A stretch of 63,355 nucleotides of DNA, filler included, from Kipferlia bialata (lineage: Eukaryota): NCBI GenBank assembly GCA_003568945.1. It is 4 parts of 4 records of this genome, joined end to end, with 100 filler letters (N's around TTAATTAATTAA, not from the genome) between each part and the next. Parts side by side here need not be neighbours in the genome. Positions count along the whole stretch, not along the records: positions 39,643 to 59,692 come from BDIP01000156.1; positions 59,793 to 63,355 come from BDIP01000254.1; 2 more parts are not named here. One strand, 5' to 3'. A model generated the notes under the pieces. That model saw only the letters and a program-made list of their open reading frames with translations. It was not told the origin of the DNA and ran no database searches. Shown here piece by piece: positions 51,301 through 63,355 of this stretch. How positions within the stretch are numbered: the stretch's first letter is position 1; every line of letters starts with the position of its first letter. The position numbers and the translations under genes were made by a program.

Positions 51301-54300
51301 CTTACCTATGCCCAGGGCGTATGTGACAACCCATCCCATAGACTCAGGTAGAGACTCTGGGACAGTCTGAGATAAGGCATATAGGAACGACGAAAGATGT
51401 CAAATGATGCCACATGTCCGGCACAAACTATATATACTCTACATCTCTGAGAGTGTCTCACCTGTCCGAAGGGAGGAACCCCCACAAACACACATATGAC
51501 ACTCACAATGCCGCATATCCTCAGGGTGTATGTCATGTTTGCATGGAAGAGCGACCCCCAGTACTCCAATGAAGACACATTGCCCACTATCCCAATGAAT
51601 CTGACGTAAGGTATTGAGAGCAGTTTTGAAGCCACTTGCGGTCACAACCGAAGATCATGGTAGAGAAGATAGTACAACCGCATACCGTCGCTGTCCATTC
51701 TCCCTGTCCCTCACTACCGTTGCGGCATAGAAGAAGATTGACACACTGGTAGCGATAGAGAGTAGCTGGGGTTAGGGGGAACACTTGATCCATACACTAC
51801 AAATAAGTGAGTGTAGACGACGCAGCCACAGTAGAGCTGCTAGGATACCTGTGGCACTACGACGGCGTTGATAACACTCGATGTGAAGTAGGGGTCTGTG
51901 TCAGCGGTGTGGGGGAGAGGAATCGACTGCGCCCTCACAGTCACGTTGGCTAGTGTCTCGTAGGGTACAGAGGATAGGTCGTATCCCGCAGCGTTTACGG
52001 CATCCTGTCTCAACTGCTGGAGGGTAAGACAGCAAAAGGGAGAGTAGGAGTGACATTTCCTGCGATAACTAAACTCAGTAGCAGTCTCAATCTCGACTGG
52101 ACGTACCAAGAAACGAGTACAGAAGGCAGAGATTGATTACCTGTGTCAAAGAGTATCGCAGAGCACTGGTACTGATTCTGGCAATGACGTCATTTGCCAT
52201 TGTGATGAAGCGTCGCCTCTCGGCATGAGGCATTGCCCGCTCTTCCTCACTATCGAAGTACTTGGCTGATGTTAGTAGAGGAGAGATACAAATATGTGTG
52301 TACATGTACACTTGTCATGGCACTTCGCACTGTGTGAATATATACATAGAAAGAGGTAGAATCATCCAACCTGCATTTGAGGCCAGGACCCGATTGTGGT
52401 ACTTGTTGTGGGACACCGGATACACCTTGGTGCACCTAGAGGCTAGGGTTCTGTCTTCATACTCTGGATGACTGCTGTTGTACATGACTACACCCTCATC
52501 GGTGGAAGAGTAGGCCCTGGAGTCAGACACAGGTATGAAGAAAGGGACAAGAGGTGTCGCCCAAGTGGATAGAGAAATAGGAGAGAGAGAGGTAGACACT
52601 CACTCATATATAGATACTTCTCAGTTCATAACAAATCTCTCACGTATAGCTGACAGGACAGTAGAAGACATAAAGAGGTGACCGTGTGTACCTGTGGGGC
52701 AGGTTGAGGACTGGGGGGAAGAAGGAGTGCATCGTGTAGGAAAGGATGTCGTGGGTATCTGGCACCTCAGGGAACGGGGTGCCACTGCCCTTGGAGTACA
52801 TGTCTAGCGAGGTGGTCACAGTCCCAACAGTCTCTACACGGTAGGGGTGAAACTCCAGGGATGCCGTTGGATATATCTGGGAGGTCGTGTTACGCATGAT
52901 GCTCAGTTCCTATGGGGTGAGGGGTTGTGTCACTACTATTGATGTAGGCATTCCTGTGTACACGATTACCTCAACACCACATATATACACTGCATAGTAC
53001 CTTGTACCCGCACCCGACGGCGTCATACCCACCCCAGTCCTGATGCTTCTCGATGGTGGCATACACTGTGTCTGAAAGTGAGTATCACTCAGACCACCAG
53101 TATGTGCCTCTTAGCAATAAAACGGAAGAGTACACCGACACCGATTTGCCGTACCTATGTCTGACACGTACATAGATGTGTGACTGGCCATAACCATGTC
53201 CCCTGGGTACTCCCGTCTGGCCTCTGGGATACACTTCTTGTACTTGCACCGCTGCTTGGTGTAGGAGTATGCTGACTGGGTGTCGTTGGCCATGGGGAAC
53301 TCTCTCTTCTCCCAGCACTGATGGTAGCAAGACACACATAGAAGTGAATGTGTAGAGTAGGAGAACGCAATGTCTACGCGATAGCCTCACCTCCACCATG
53401 CACTGGTATATGTCCTCGTACTGGTCCCATCTGTTCTGCACGTGGTAGTGGTAGGGGAAGTAGGCCATGAGGGTTGTACCCTCATCCACACTATGCAGGA
53501 GAGGGCTGGCAGCCACCCCCTCCTCCTCGAAGTATGCGTCCCGAATGGCATCATACACATCGCTGTCAGACTCCCTGGGGTGTTGGTACTCTGGACCTGT
53601 GGGTGGAGGGAAAGGGAGAGGGGGAAAAACACTTAACCAGGGGAGCCGCTTTTGACGGATAAACACTAAAGTGTATATATATATGACATTACATCTCGCT
53701 GCAAGTACTGAGCTAGGGTGTATTAACCTGAGGTGATTCTCTTCATCCGCTTGGACGTGTGCCCCAAGAACCCATCAGGGGGTAGGGCCCCAATCCTCTC
53801 TCTGTCTCCAGCCGAGGTGTCTACCACGGCTAGCACTGCAGTGCTACCATACGAAGATCCTGCTGAGGGTCAGTAACCCATATATGATGCAACCTCATAC
53901 TAAGAGAGTCGTGACTGCTACATAGAGAGGTGTGCCTGGTGTGTATCCCTCCATCTGGGTCATGGTGAAGACAGCAGGTGAAACAGTGTCAAGTCTCTCC
54001 CCGCCCTCGATCGGCATGCCTGGTCGGTTAGTCGTTTTCTAGAGCAACATTCTGTGCCAGTAATGAGTATATACATTAGTAGTCTGACCAGAGGAGAGAG
54101 GCTGTTCTGTACCTAGATAGTGCATGGCGGCCTGACAGTTTCCCATAGGACGGTTGGCCTTCTTCTCATCCAGGAAGCCCCAGCATCTCTCGGACTGGGG
54201 TGAGAGACGCTAATCGTGTTATGATATGTGAGAGGAGACTCGTGTAAGTGTAATAATGAGTACACCCTGGCGACACGTCAATAATTCCCTTCTTTCCACC

Positions 54301-57300
54301 ATTGGTGTATTGTCAAAGATTGCCCGAGCAAGGTGAAATGCACCGTATAACTGATACAGAATTTTCGTATCAGAATCAGTTTCAGTATCCCACGTACCTG
54401 GTAGAGGTTGCACAGTTGGAACATCTCGGAGTCCGTCAGGGTGCCTGGGGTTGAGACAGAGGGACATAGCAAAAGGAGAGTGGGTCAGAGGAGATCGTTA
54501 TACATCAAAATATGACAAATCGATCCATGTGTATGTCCCAACCTGTGACGTTCCAGTTCCCCTCTTCCATATCCTCCTGACAGCATGTGTGGCACCCAGA
54601 CACGTACTTGGCCTGGCCGGCTTGCCACTTGAGTTCTATGGCGTCTCCGAAGGCCTTGGACGTCAGTGACACTAACACACTCACAGCCACACACACTGGG
54701 GTGAGGGTGCAGGATAAGAAGGGTATGCACTGCTATGTTTTGTATACATGTGGGTACCTATGAGGAGGGGTAGCATTCTGACACACATGGGTGAGAGTCT
54801 CCCAGTAGAGGCCTCTTCCACCTTGATGGTCTTGTCGGACAGGACCCGGAACCTACGCGTTAGCAATACCCACTCCATGGGCTGAGATGGTGACAAGCTG
54901 GTCAAACTGCATACACGATACCTTCCGAGGCATGACTGGCGCATATGCCTCTGACTCCGCCTGTGGAGGGACACCTGGGGGTGACAAGGTACCAACATCA
55001 TACTACTCAGAATAGAGAGTAACCATACTCTTAACCCAGAGACCCATGCATATGAATTACAGTCACATGTAGACGGGGTTACCTGGACAGCCGCTGCGGC
55101 ACTACGACTCCGAGCTGCCTCTCTCCCCTTTCCGGCGCCACTGGACCTGAGTGTGAGAAGACTTATCACCTCAACCCCAGAAGCGTACTTCCTACACAAC
55201 AGCACCTGTTGTTTGTGTTGTCCACCCCGTGGAAGAGTGACTCCAGCCCAGGGGTGTCTACTACAAAGGTATCTACTAGAGAGGAGGCAGCCAGGTTCTC
55301 TCTGTTGGCATGGGAGAAGGAGAGGGAAGAACGGCGCGAGTGGTGACCTAACAGTCAGAGAAGGCAGTAGGGTATATTGAATACATTGCACATATATTGC
55401 TATATATATTGTATATTGTGTCTCTGCCTGTAAGAGAATAGGACCATCTGCTGTCCAGCTCTTCACCAGGTCATAAACAACTCATACTCAACTAACACGT
55501 ACCTCTTGCAGTCAGGGAGTGGGACCCCTCTGCATAGTCGGTATCTGTACTGCCGGCCTGCGAGTATCCAAAGCTCACATCTGCGTCAGAGCATAGGCCT
55601 ATGGAGTCTTAAAGAGAGAGGTATATATGACATATACTTAAGACTGACACGTACCATCTGCCATGTGTATCTGCTGCACTATCGTGCCCTCCAGGATACC
55701 AGCCACCACCTCTGCCCCTGGGTCTGCATCCCCTGGCACATACACATGGATACACTGTGCCACCTGGGGGTCACGGTTCTGGAATCTATCGTGTAGAGAT
55801 ATATGCAGGATACCTGGCTAACTATCTGTGCATCTGGTGCTGATGACAGAATGATCCTCTTGAGACAGGATGCATCCCTGGCAGAGTGACATACTACCCT
55901 AAACACCTGCCCTGCATTGAGGGTCAGCTGTCCCACTGTACTGTCTGTCACAACCTGTCCATATGCCATGCACACTACGTGCTTGCACAGGACCTGTGGT
56001 TGGTGGTCAGTAACCAAATAGTAGGCTCCCCGTCGGATCAATATTTATGTATGTATGTGTGTGTATTGTTACCTCGATTTCTTCCATGTTATGTGTCGTG
56101 AAGAGCACCGTCCCCCCACCCTCTCCTATGCCTCTCAGGGCAGTCCAGAGGGTACGCCTTGTGAGGGGGTCAAGTCCTAGGGTGAGGAGTAGACAACTGT
56201 ATGGAGAAACAAATACCACAGAGTGCATGTGTTTACTCCACCTGGAGCCTATGAGAGAGGCCTTATCTCACATGGAGACTCGGACGTCAATGTATAGAGA
56301 TACAGAGGTTGCACCCACCTGTGGAAGGTTCGTCTAGGAGGGTGACGCTCTTGCCCTGTATGATTGCCATACCGGTGCTCAGACGCCGCTTCATGCCGCC
56401 ACTCAGCTCCTTGACGGTGTCCAGGGCCTTGGACTGCAGACCTGGGTGTCACTCATTATCATGTATATATATATATGTGTGTGTGTATGTTATTACATAT
56501 GGTGGCAGTTAGTGGTACTCATACACTATGAATCACCTAGTGTCTGTAGCATCTGTCGTGCAGCCTTGGATGCACCCCTGAAGGTGCCACCGCCCACCCT
56601 GGGGTGAGAACCCAAGTGTACGTAACTAGAGTATACGCGCGTGTTAACCACTACATTATGAGTATTAATCAGGTAATGTACCTATATGCCATCTCCAGAT
56701 GGTCCAGGACAGTGAGGTCCGGTATCAGTAGCTCGTCGTGCTGGATGTCAGTTTATATTTATATAGTATATATATAGTGTCACACACCGACAGAGAGTGA
56801 TGTTGTATGATAGGTACTTCAGCAGTTTCGCATTCTGAAACATACCTGGGGGGATACTGCCACTGTGCGTCTCAGCAGGCCTCTGTTGAATGGACATGTC
56901 ACTGATATACCCGCTATGTCGACGTCTCCCCGCATGCTGCACTTGTCTCTGCCGGATATCAGCTGTCCGGTCAGGCCTCTGAAGAGAGTGGTCTTGCCTG
57001 GGGTGAGGGTGGTTGAAGGAAAGGAGCGTGTAGGTTAATATGTACCTGCGCCGTTGTGTCCTATTAGTCCCACACAGGACTTGCTCTCAACAGTGAACGA
57101 GCATCCATCGAGTGCCTTGACACTGCCACCAAACTCTACCTCTAGACCCCTGCGGTTAGAGATGGTGAGTCTAGAGGTATATGTACACTAGGATACACAT
57201 CTACACTTGGTTACCTGATACATACAGACATATCTGTAGAGACACCCTCTGATACAGGGAACAGGGGGGGACGGTCGGGACCCTCCTGCCTGACAGGACT

Positions 57301-59644
57301 CTTAGGACTAGCAGATGCACTATCATGAGTGGGGATAACTGCAGGGATATCATAATAATAGACCAGGTACCTAAGCCGCTTCTTATCCACGTCTCTCCTA
57401 TAGAACCTAGGGTGGCAGCAGAATAGAGCAGGGAGGCCACCCAGGTCGGAGGGTATCTGGGACCCATAGCAGAAGAGGAGGGTGAAGAGCAGGAGCTGCT
57501 TGCCCATGACCTGGAGGGGTGAGAGCTACGGCTGGAAGTGTTGTTGTGTGCATATATATGCATATATATGCATATATATGCAAATGTCTAATCGCTACTA
57601 AAATCAATATTTTTAGTCAAATACAATTAATACACCAAGGCGATACCTTAAGTTCCTGAGCCAGTGGCGGTACTTGGTACAGACAGAGCACGTCTGGGTG
57701 AGAGATGACATAGAGGGAGCGAGGGGTAGTGGATAGGTAGAGTGTGACCCTAACCTGCATACTCCTCCAGCAGCTGATCGTATGTCATGTCACCACTCTC
57801 CACGTCCTTGAGCTGATCCTTGATGGCTGAAGTGTCCTGTCGCATGCACAGACGGACATCACTCTGGGGGGAGCAAGAAGAGAGAGATACCGAAGGAGAA
57901 GGGAAATGCATAGCCCGGATATGGATATAGATCTCTAACCCAGAATAGTATATATAGAGGAATAGGGCCAGTACCTGGTACCCATCGCAGTCGTCCCAGA
58001 GACAGGCGAAGGAGAGTGTGAGGTGGGCATCTACCTCGTCCTCAGTGTATATCCCCTCATCCTCACTATCCTCACCCCCTTCCTCCCCCTCCCCCTCTCC
58101 CTCCCCCTCCCCCTCCCCATCGGTGTCTGTGAGGGATGTGGGGGCTGAGGTGTCACTCATGTAGGGCATGGCAATCGAGAATATCCTGGGATTGAGAATG
58201 ACAGGTTGATCTACATACAGTATGCTAGATATATCAATGATACCATTGCAGACCTGAAGAACGGCCTGAATGGATTGACCCAGCTGAGTACCTCCCCGGC
58301 CACTCTGTTAGAGAGAGAGGGGTCAAAGACAGCGGACTCAGAGGTGGACAGGTAGAACACATATGCACAGACAGCAGATAGACAGAGACCAGTGGACACG
58401 GCCAGGGCTGTGAACTGGGACCTCATCACAGTCGACACGGCATGGGCTAGGAGGCAGAGGGAGAGAGAGAGGACGCCCCAGTAGAAGAAGGTCAGCCGGG
58501 GCTCTGCTGCCAAACTGATTGGATCATCGAGTAGGTAACAGACACACACGGACAGGCAGGTACCGACGACTGATACAACCGAGTAGAATACGGCAGAGGT
58601 CAGATACACCAGCAGGGGGGAGGCGCCCATGAGAGTGAGGGCCGAGACACTGGGTCTGGAGGAGACGAGGTGGCCGAGCAAGGCGGAGAAGGGCACGACG
58701 AAGACAAACGCGTAGATTACCACAACCTGTTAATGAATGAATGAGGGTGGACTGAGAGAGAGAGATCGAGAGGGAAAGGGCCTTTGAGCCGCAACGAGTA
58801 GATTAGAGTCGCACCAGGGATGGCTCGAGCAGCACTGAATTGTCCAGCATCACTGAGGGATATGCACTTAGGGACAGATCCACGCCTCCCCAGGCTCCTA
58901 AGGCACTATGGTTAGGTGGAAGGGAGAGAGAGAAAGAGGAATCCAGTACCGCATAATGACTTAGTCAAGAGAGAGACGAGAGAGGGTAGTGGGAGGGAGA
59001 GAGAGAGCCCTACCGCATGATGGCTGAGTCCAGGGCCTGTTGGTACGAGAAGCACACCCCGCTGTAGTAGTCTGCACCCCCAAAGAAGGATGCCACTGGG
59101 TCTCGGCCTGAGGATTCATCGTACTAGGGTGAGAGCATGGCAATAGGATAGGGTATGAGGACAAGTAGTAGTGGTGAGAGGGGGAGTATAGTATCGTATA
59201 GTATATGGGACAGACGTACAGACGGGTGAGAAAGATAGTATACTGGAAGTGGGGTGGTTCCTGCATCAGTATCACCAGCAGTGTCAGCATGGCATAGGAT
59301 AAGTATAGAGGGGCAAAGGGAGAGAGGGAGACCCTACCTTCCTGTCCACAGTTGTCTTGTTGTACATCATGGTGTATGTGATGTCGACAGGGAATGGGGT
59401 AGACTGTCCGTGTATGTCTCTGGCTGTCACCTCTGTGACATTGAACCCCACACCCATGTATAAAGGGGGCAGAGAGGTGCCAGATAGCATGGACACCGCA
59501 TCTGGTATAAGAAGGGGGAGAGACTCTGAGAGACAGGGCATGGGGGGTGGGGTAGGGGAAGCATAGAAGGGAGGACATGTCTACGTATATACACCCACCG
59601 TCTGTGTCGCCTGTGCCTGTGAGCATCATAGCAAGGGCACTGCT
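48322..59644 (-). CDS. ABCA: ABC transporter, subfamily A (full-size, two NBDs), multi-exon, 5'-partial
   Basis: NBD1: [14 protein letters not shown] (about 57075-56975), [38 protein letters not shown] (about 56410-56075). NBD2: [17 protein letters not shown] (about 49985-49935), [46 protein letters not shown]. The C-terminal PSLEDIFL motif is typical of ABCA. TM exons lie at about 58211-58723 and 50600-51700. Confidence 0.88.
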
Positions 59645-59692
59645 CTAGGGGTGAAGGGGGGGGGGGGGGGGGGTATATTTATATGGGGGGGG

Positions 59693-59792
59693 NNNNNNNN
59701 NNNNNNNNNNNNNNNNNNNNNNNNNNNNNNNNNNNNTTAATTAATTAANNNNNNNNNNNNNNNNNNNNNNNNNNNNNNNNNNNNNNNNNNNN
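59693..59792. other. Artificial contig-joining spacer
   Basis: N44-TTAATTAATTAA-N44. Confidence 0.97.
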
Positions 59793-59842
59793 TTTTTTTT
59801 TTTTTTTTTTTTTATTTCCCCCCCCCCCCCCCCTGACCCCAG

Positions 59843-60608
59843 GGCCCCCTAGATGTGGATGCCCCTTCCTGCCCAGTGTGGCACTTTGTGCCAGAGGCAG
59901 CCACAATAGGTATGTATATGGATATATATGCATATATAGATACACGTAGTAGGTATTAGATAGCAGAGGCAGCCACAGTAGGTATCATATATACACAGCT
60001 ATATAGTATGCCTCTCTCACTCTCTGTCTCTGGTTTCTCAGGTCTGTCTGGCCTTGACTTCATGAGTGTGTAGACCTATCTCTCTCTCTCTCTTCGTCTA
60101 TCTCTCTCTCTTATCTCTGACCCCTATATGATACTGATATTGATACTGATACCAGGTCTGTCTGGCCTTGAGTTCATGAGTATGTGTATCATTCTCTCTC
60201 TCAGTATATATGTCTGTGTATATACCTTCCCTTACCCCAGGTCTGTCTGGCCTTGAGTTCATGAGCGTGCTGTCCATTGTACTCCTGCTAGTCATACTGG
60301 GCCTGGATGCATGGGTCGGGGTCAGGTATATATCACACTCTATACTACTATACTATACACTATATACTATAGAGTATGGTGCTGGTCATACTGGGCCTTG
60401 ACGCAATGGGTCGGGGTCAGGTGCGGCACTCATAGAGTGTATATAAAATAAGAAGCAGTATGGAGTGCTCCCCCTCACCCCCAGGCGCTACCTCGCCCTG
60501 CACAAGAACGACTACATAGAGATTGTGTCCAAGGACAGGGCCAGGAAGAGGGCCCAGAGAGGGAGGGACGAGGAGGAGTCGTCAGAGCTAGACAGGGGCG
60601 AGGCATAG
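59843..60608 (+). CDS. 3' end of a membrane protein with a C-terminal TM helix and charged tail; exons 59843-59909, 60241-60325, 60485-60608
   Basis: In-frame splice: GPLDVDAPSCPVWHFVPEAATIG|LSGLEFMSVLSIVLLLVILGLDAWVGVR|RYLALHKNDYIEIVSKDRARKRAQRGRDEEESSELDRGEA-TAG. Confidence 0.65.
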
Positions 60609-61571
60609 ACAGATAGGCCGGAGGAATAGATCAATTAATGACAACTCTACACCCTTTGTCATTTCTGAACGAAGGTTGTGTCTCGCGGCATCTTCTCAGA
60701 GAAGTTCTCTTCGTGTCACTCAATCCATCTCTATCTGTCTTCCTATGCCCTGGGGGGACACAGGGAGTCAGGCTAGTGTAGCGATACCCTCTGCCCTGAA
60801 AGGTGTCGTGTATGGCACCAGTGATGATCTTGTCTCAGCTGTAGAGGCATCGACAGACAGACAGTGGAGGTTGTCAGGTATGGGGTAGATATACACGTCA
60901 ATAACTAAGTACAGTCCAGTAGCCTTGGTGTAAGTGAGCTGTGGCATAATTGTCGGTTGTGTAGTGGTCTATACTGATGGGATTCTTGACTATCGTGTCT
61001 GGTCAAGATATGGTCATACGTTTGATACCGATGTGATTATAGGTCTCTCAGATGATACTGGTTATTTGACTGAGTAATACCTACTAGTATTACACACACT
61101 TATTCCCTTTAATACTCGGCTGGTGAAGGTTCTCTAATAAAGAATCTCTATGTATCCTTTTCACCTTGGGTTCTTCTTGTTATTCTCTCTCTCTCTCTCT
61201 CTCTCTCCTCCCAATCCACTTCCCCTCATGCCCAGAGGACTCCCTCTCCCTGCAGTGTGTCACCCTCGGTGATACCTATGGCTGTGGGCGCTGTGTTCCT
61301 GTCTCATCCTCTATCGATGGCTGGTGTCTACAGTCTGTGTCACCGCATGAGACAGGGTGCCGTGAGGTCGTGTCTCACTCCCGTGCGTGTAACGCCATGG
61401 TGAGAACTGTATTTAGTCTAGCTCTGGCTCTTTGGTATCACGGTAACAATCATGCACTTCTTTACACATGATTGTCATGCTTTACAATTGATACTATTCT
61501 CTTGTCACATTGGGTCACTAGCAGGAGACACCACATTTAGTCTCATCCTCCAGTCCCGCTTGCCTCTACGC

Positions 61572-62697
61572 ATGCAGCAGTTCCCTGTCAAGTGCCCTCA
61601 TTCCTCCCCCTGCGAGTGCATTGATCCCCTGTACATTGATGAGTCCTACCGCGGTGTGGCCTACCTCTCTCCATCTGAGGTGCTATGTCAGCAGCCTGCT
61701 CAGCAGGGAGGGGAGGGTGCAATGTGTATACTGACCCTACCAGATGGGAGAATAGGGTCAGACACAACCCAGGGGCATGCATGTACAGTACAGTGGGTGG
61801 ATAGGCCAGGCGGTGACTGTGACTCTGATGGGTGGAGGTGGACGGTGCAGGTATGGAGACTAAATATTCATACATATGGGTGTATGACTATACTTCCCAA
61901 TTATCTCATCTTTCCTCCAGAGTCCTCACCCCCAGGTTGTTGGCTCCGATGTCTATGCCCTACACGTCCCAGACCTAGGCACCTGCCTCCATGTACACAT
62001 GTACAACAGAGAGACCAGGGGGTGGATACCCATGGGGGATGGGGAGGGAGACGAAGCAGACCGGGTGGAGCTGGATACAGACATCGACCTGGGTCTCTGC
62101 TTCTCCATAGGGGACAGGGTCTATGGGATATCCCTGGACCCTTGCTGTCATTCAGATGCCATCATATGGAGCTACCACCCTGAGACTAGGGTGCTAGAGA
62201 CCTCTCCCTTCACTGCCAGTGACACCCATCCAGAGTGGTCATCCCTTGCGAGTGTGGTTGCAGTATCGTCTACCACCGCATATCTAGAACAAGAGGGAGA
62301 GATGTACTCATACACACCTAGTGACAGCGGTATAGTGGGAGGCCATTGGAGGAGTGAGGGAGCCATACCCGGTGGTATCACCGAGGATAACATCATACCC
62401 TTAGGCCCCTATCTGCTGTGTCTCCCCACTTGGTACAGTGTGGTGGGTGTGTATGATACGGTGTCTGGAGAGTGGGTGCTTGACACCAAGGGTATTACGA
62501 CCATGGTGGGGGAGAGAGAGAGAGATGGTGTAGAGTATGCCAACCCATGCGCTCTGTATAGTAGTGGTATGCCCATGACCCTGGGTGACACAGACACTCC
62601 ACTTGTCCTCATAGGGGATAGTGGGTATGCCCAGGTCATGGTGGTAGATACCCTCACTCCGCTAGGTGGGGGAGGCTCGCGGTATGACCTGACATAG
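61572..62697 (+). CDS. Divergent kelch-like beta-propeller protein, about 346 aa; exons 61572-61850 and 61936-62697
   Basis: The phase-0 GT-AG intron 61851-61935 joins two ORFs. Motifs: VVGSDVYAL, MYNRETRGW, IGDRVYGI, WSYHPET, LGPYLLCL, VYDTVSGEW. Confidence 0.68.
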
Positions 62698-63071
62698 TCG
62701 CATACTAGGCCGCTTAGTAACACAAGGCCCTACTAGTGGTGTGTGCCCCACCAGTTCTAGTGGGATTCAACCCTATCTTAGTCCGGGATACTACCCCATA
62801 CATACTACTACTTCGTATGTAAAAGATATCTATATTTATATCTAGCTAGCAGTTCCTATGGCTGCTATAGTGATAATCCTTGGACCCTATACATCTGTAC
62901 ACAGCGAATACGGTATTAGACCAAGGCTTGCAACCATCATACTGCTATGCTTGCATCTATTCACGAGTGCAATAAATAATAATAAAACCACTACGAGACA
63001 ACACGAACCATGACAATCCCTCTACACAGAAAGGGGGGGTCTACAAACAACTGCGCAATGCTTTGACGTCA

Positions 63072-63106
<35 letters not shown>

Positions 63107-63108
63107 TC

Positions 63109-63304
63109 TTAAATCTTGGTCAGGAGGTCGAGGGTGGCCCTGGCGTCAGTGGAGGGAGAAACACTAGTTGATTATATATAAATATATATACAATATACAT
63201 ACACTATATATATGTATGTATACCTGGCGTGCTTCCAGTGGCCTGGGAGGATGGACCTGTTCAGGGCCACAGAGCGCACATCGATGTGGGAGGCAGACAC
63301 AAAC
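63109..63304 (-). CDS. Last two exons of an unidentified gene (5'-partial)
   Basis: ctcactgtcag|FVSASHIDVRSVALNRSILPGHWKHAR|gtatac, then ctgacgccag|ATLDLLTKI-TAA. Confidence 0.45.
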
Positions 63305-63355
63305 CTGACAGTGAGGGAGGAGGAGGGGGGGGGGGGGGGGGGGGGGGGAGGGAGG

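Overview
This is intron-rich eukaryotic genomic DNA in the standard genetic code. Four contigs (1-11076, 11177-39542, 39643-59692, 59793-63355) are joined by artificial 100-bp N44-TTAATTAATTAA-N44 spacers. Short GT-AG introns with a branch-point-like CTYAC/CTRAY motif a few bases before the AG, many divergent kelch-like genes and a pyrophosphate-dependent PEP carboxykinase suggest an anaerobic metamonad/fornicate protist such as Kipferlia; this assignment is inference. Recognisable genes are a compact eIF4G-like MIF4G protein, a 6-exon PPi-type PEPCK, a full-size ABCA transporter and three kelch-like beta-propeller proteins, alongside several multi-exon hypothetical genes. The most striking observation concerns the introns of the minus-strand gene at about 28.9-39.4 kb, and of genes on other contigs. 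They contain arrays of partial copies ('echoes') of the adjacent exon end with its splice site, separated by (TA)n/(GA)n-rich spacers. The copies compared differ from the full exon mostly by synonymous or conservative changes and at least one is mosaic, which neutral decay of intronic junk does not predict. Exon boundaries were read by eye and are approximate outside the genes where they are listed explicitly.
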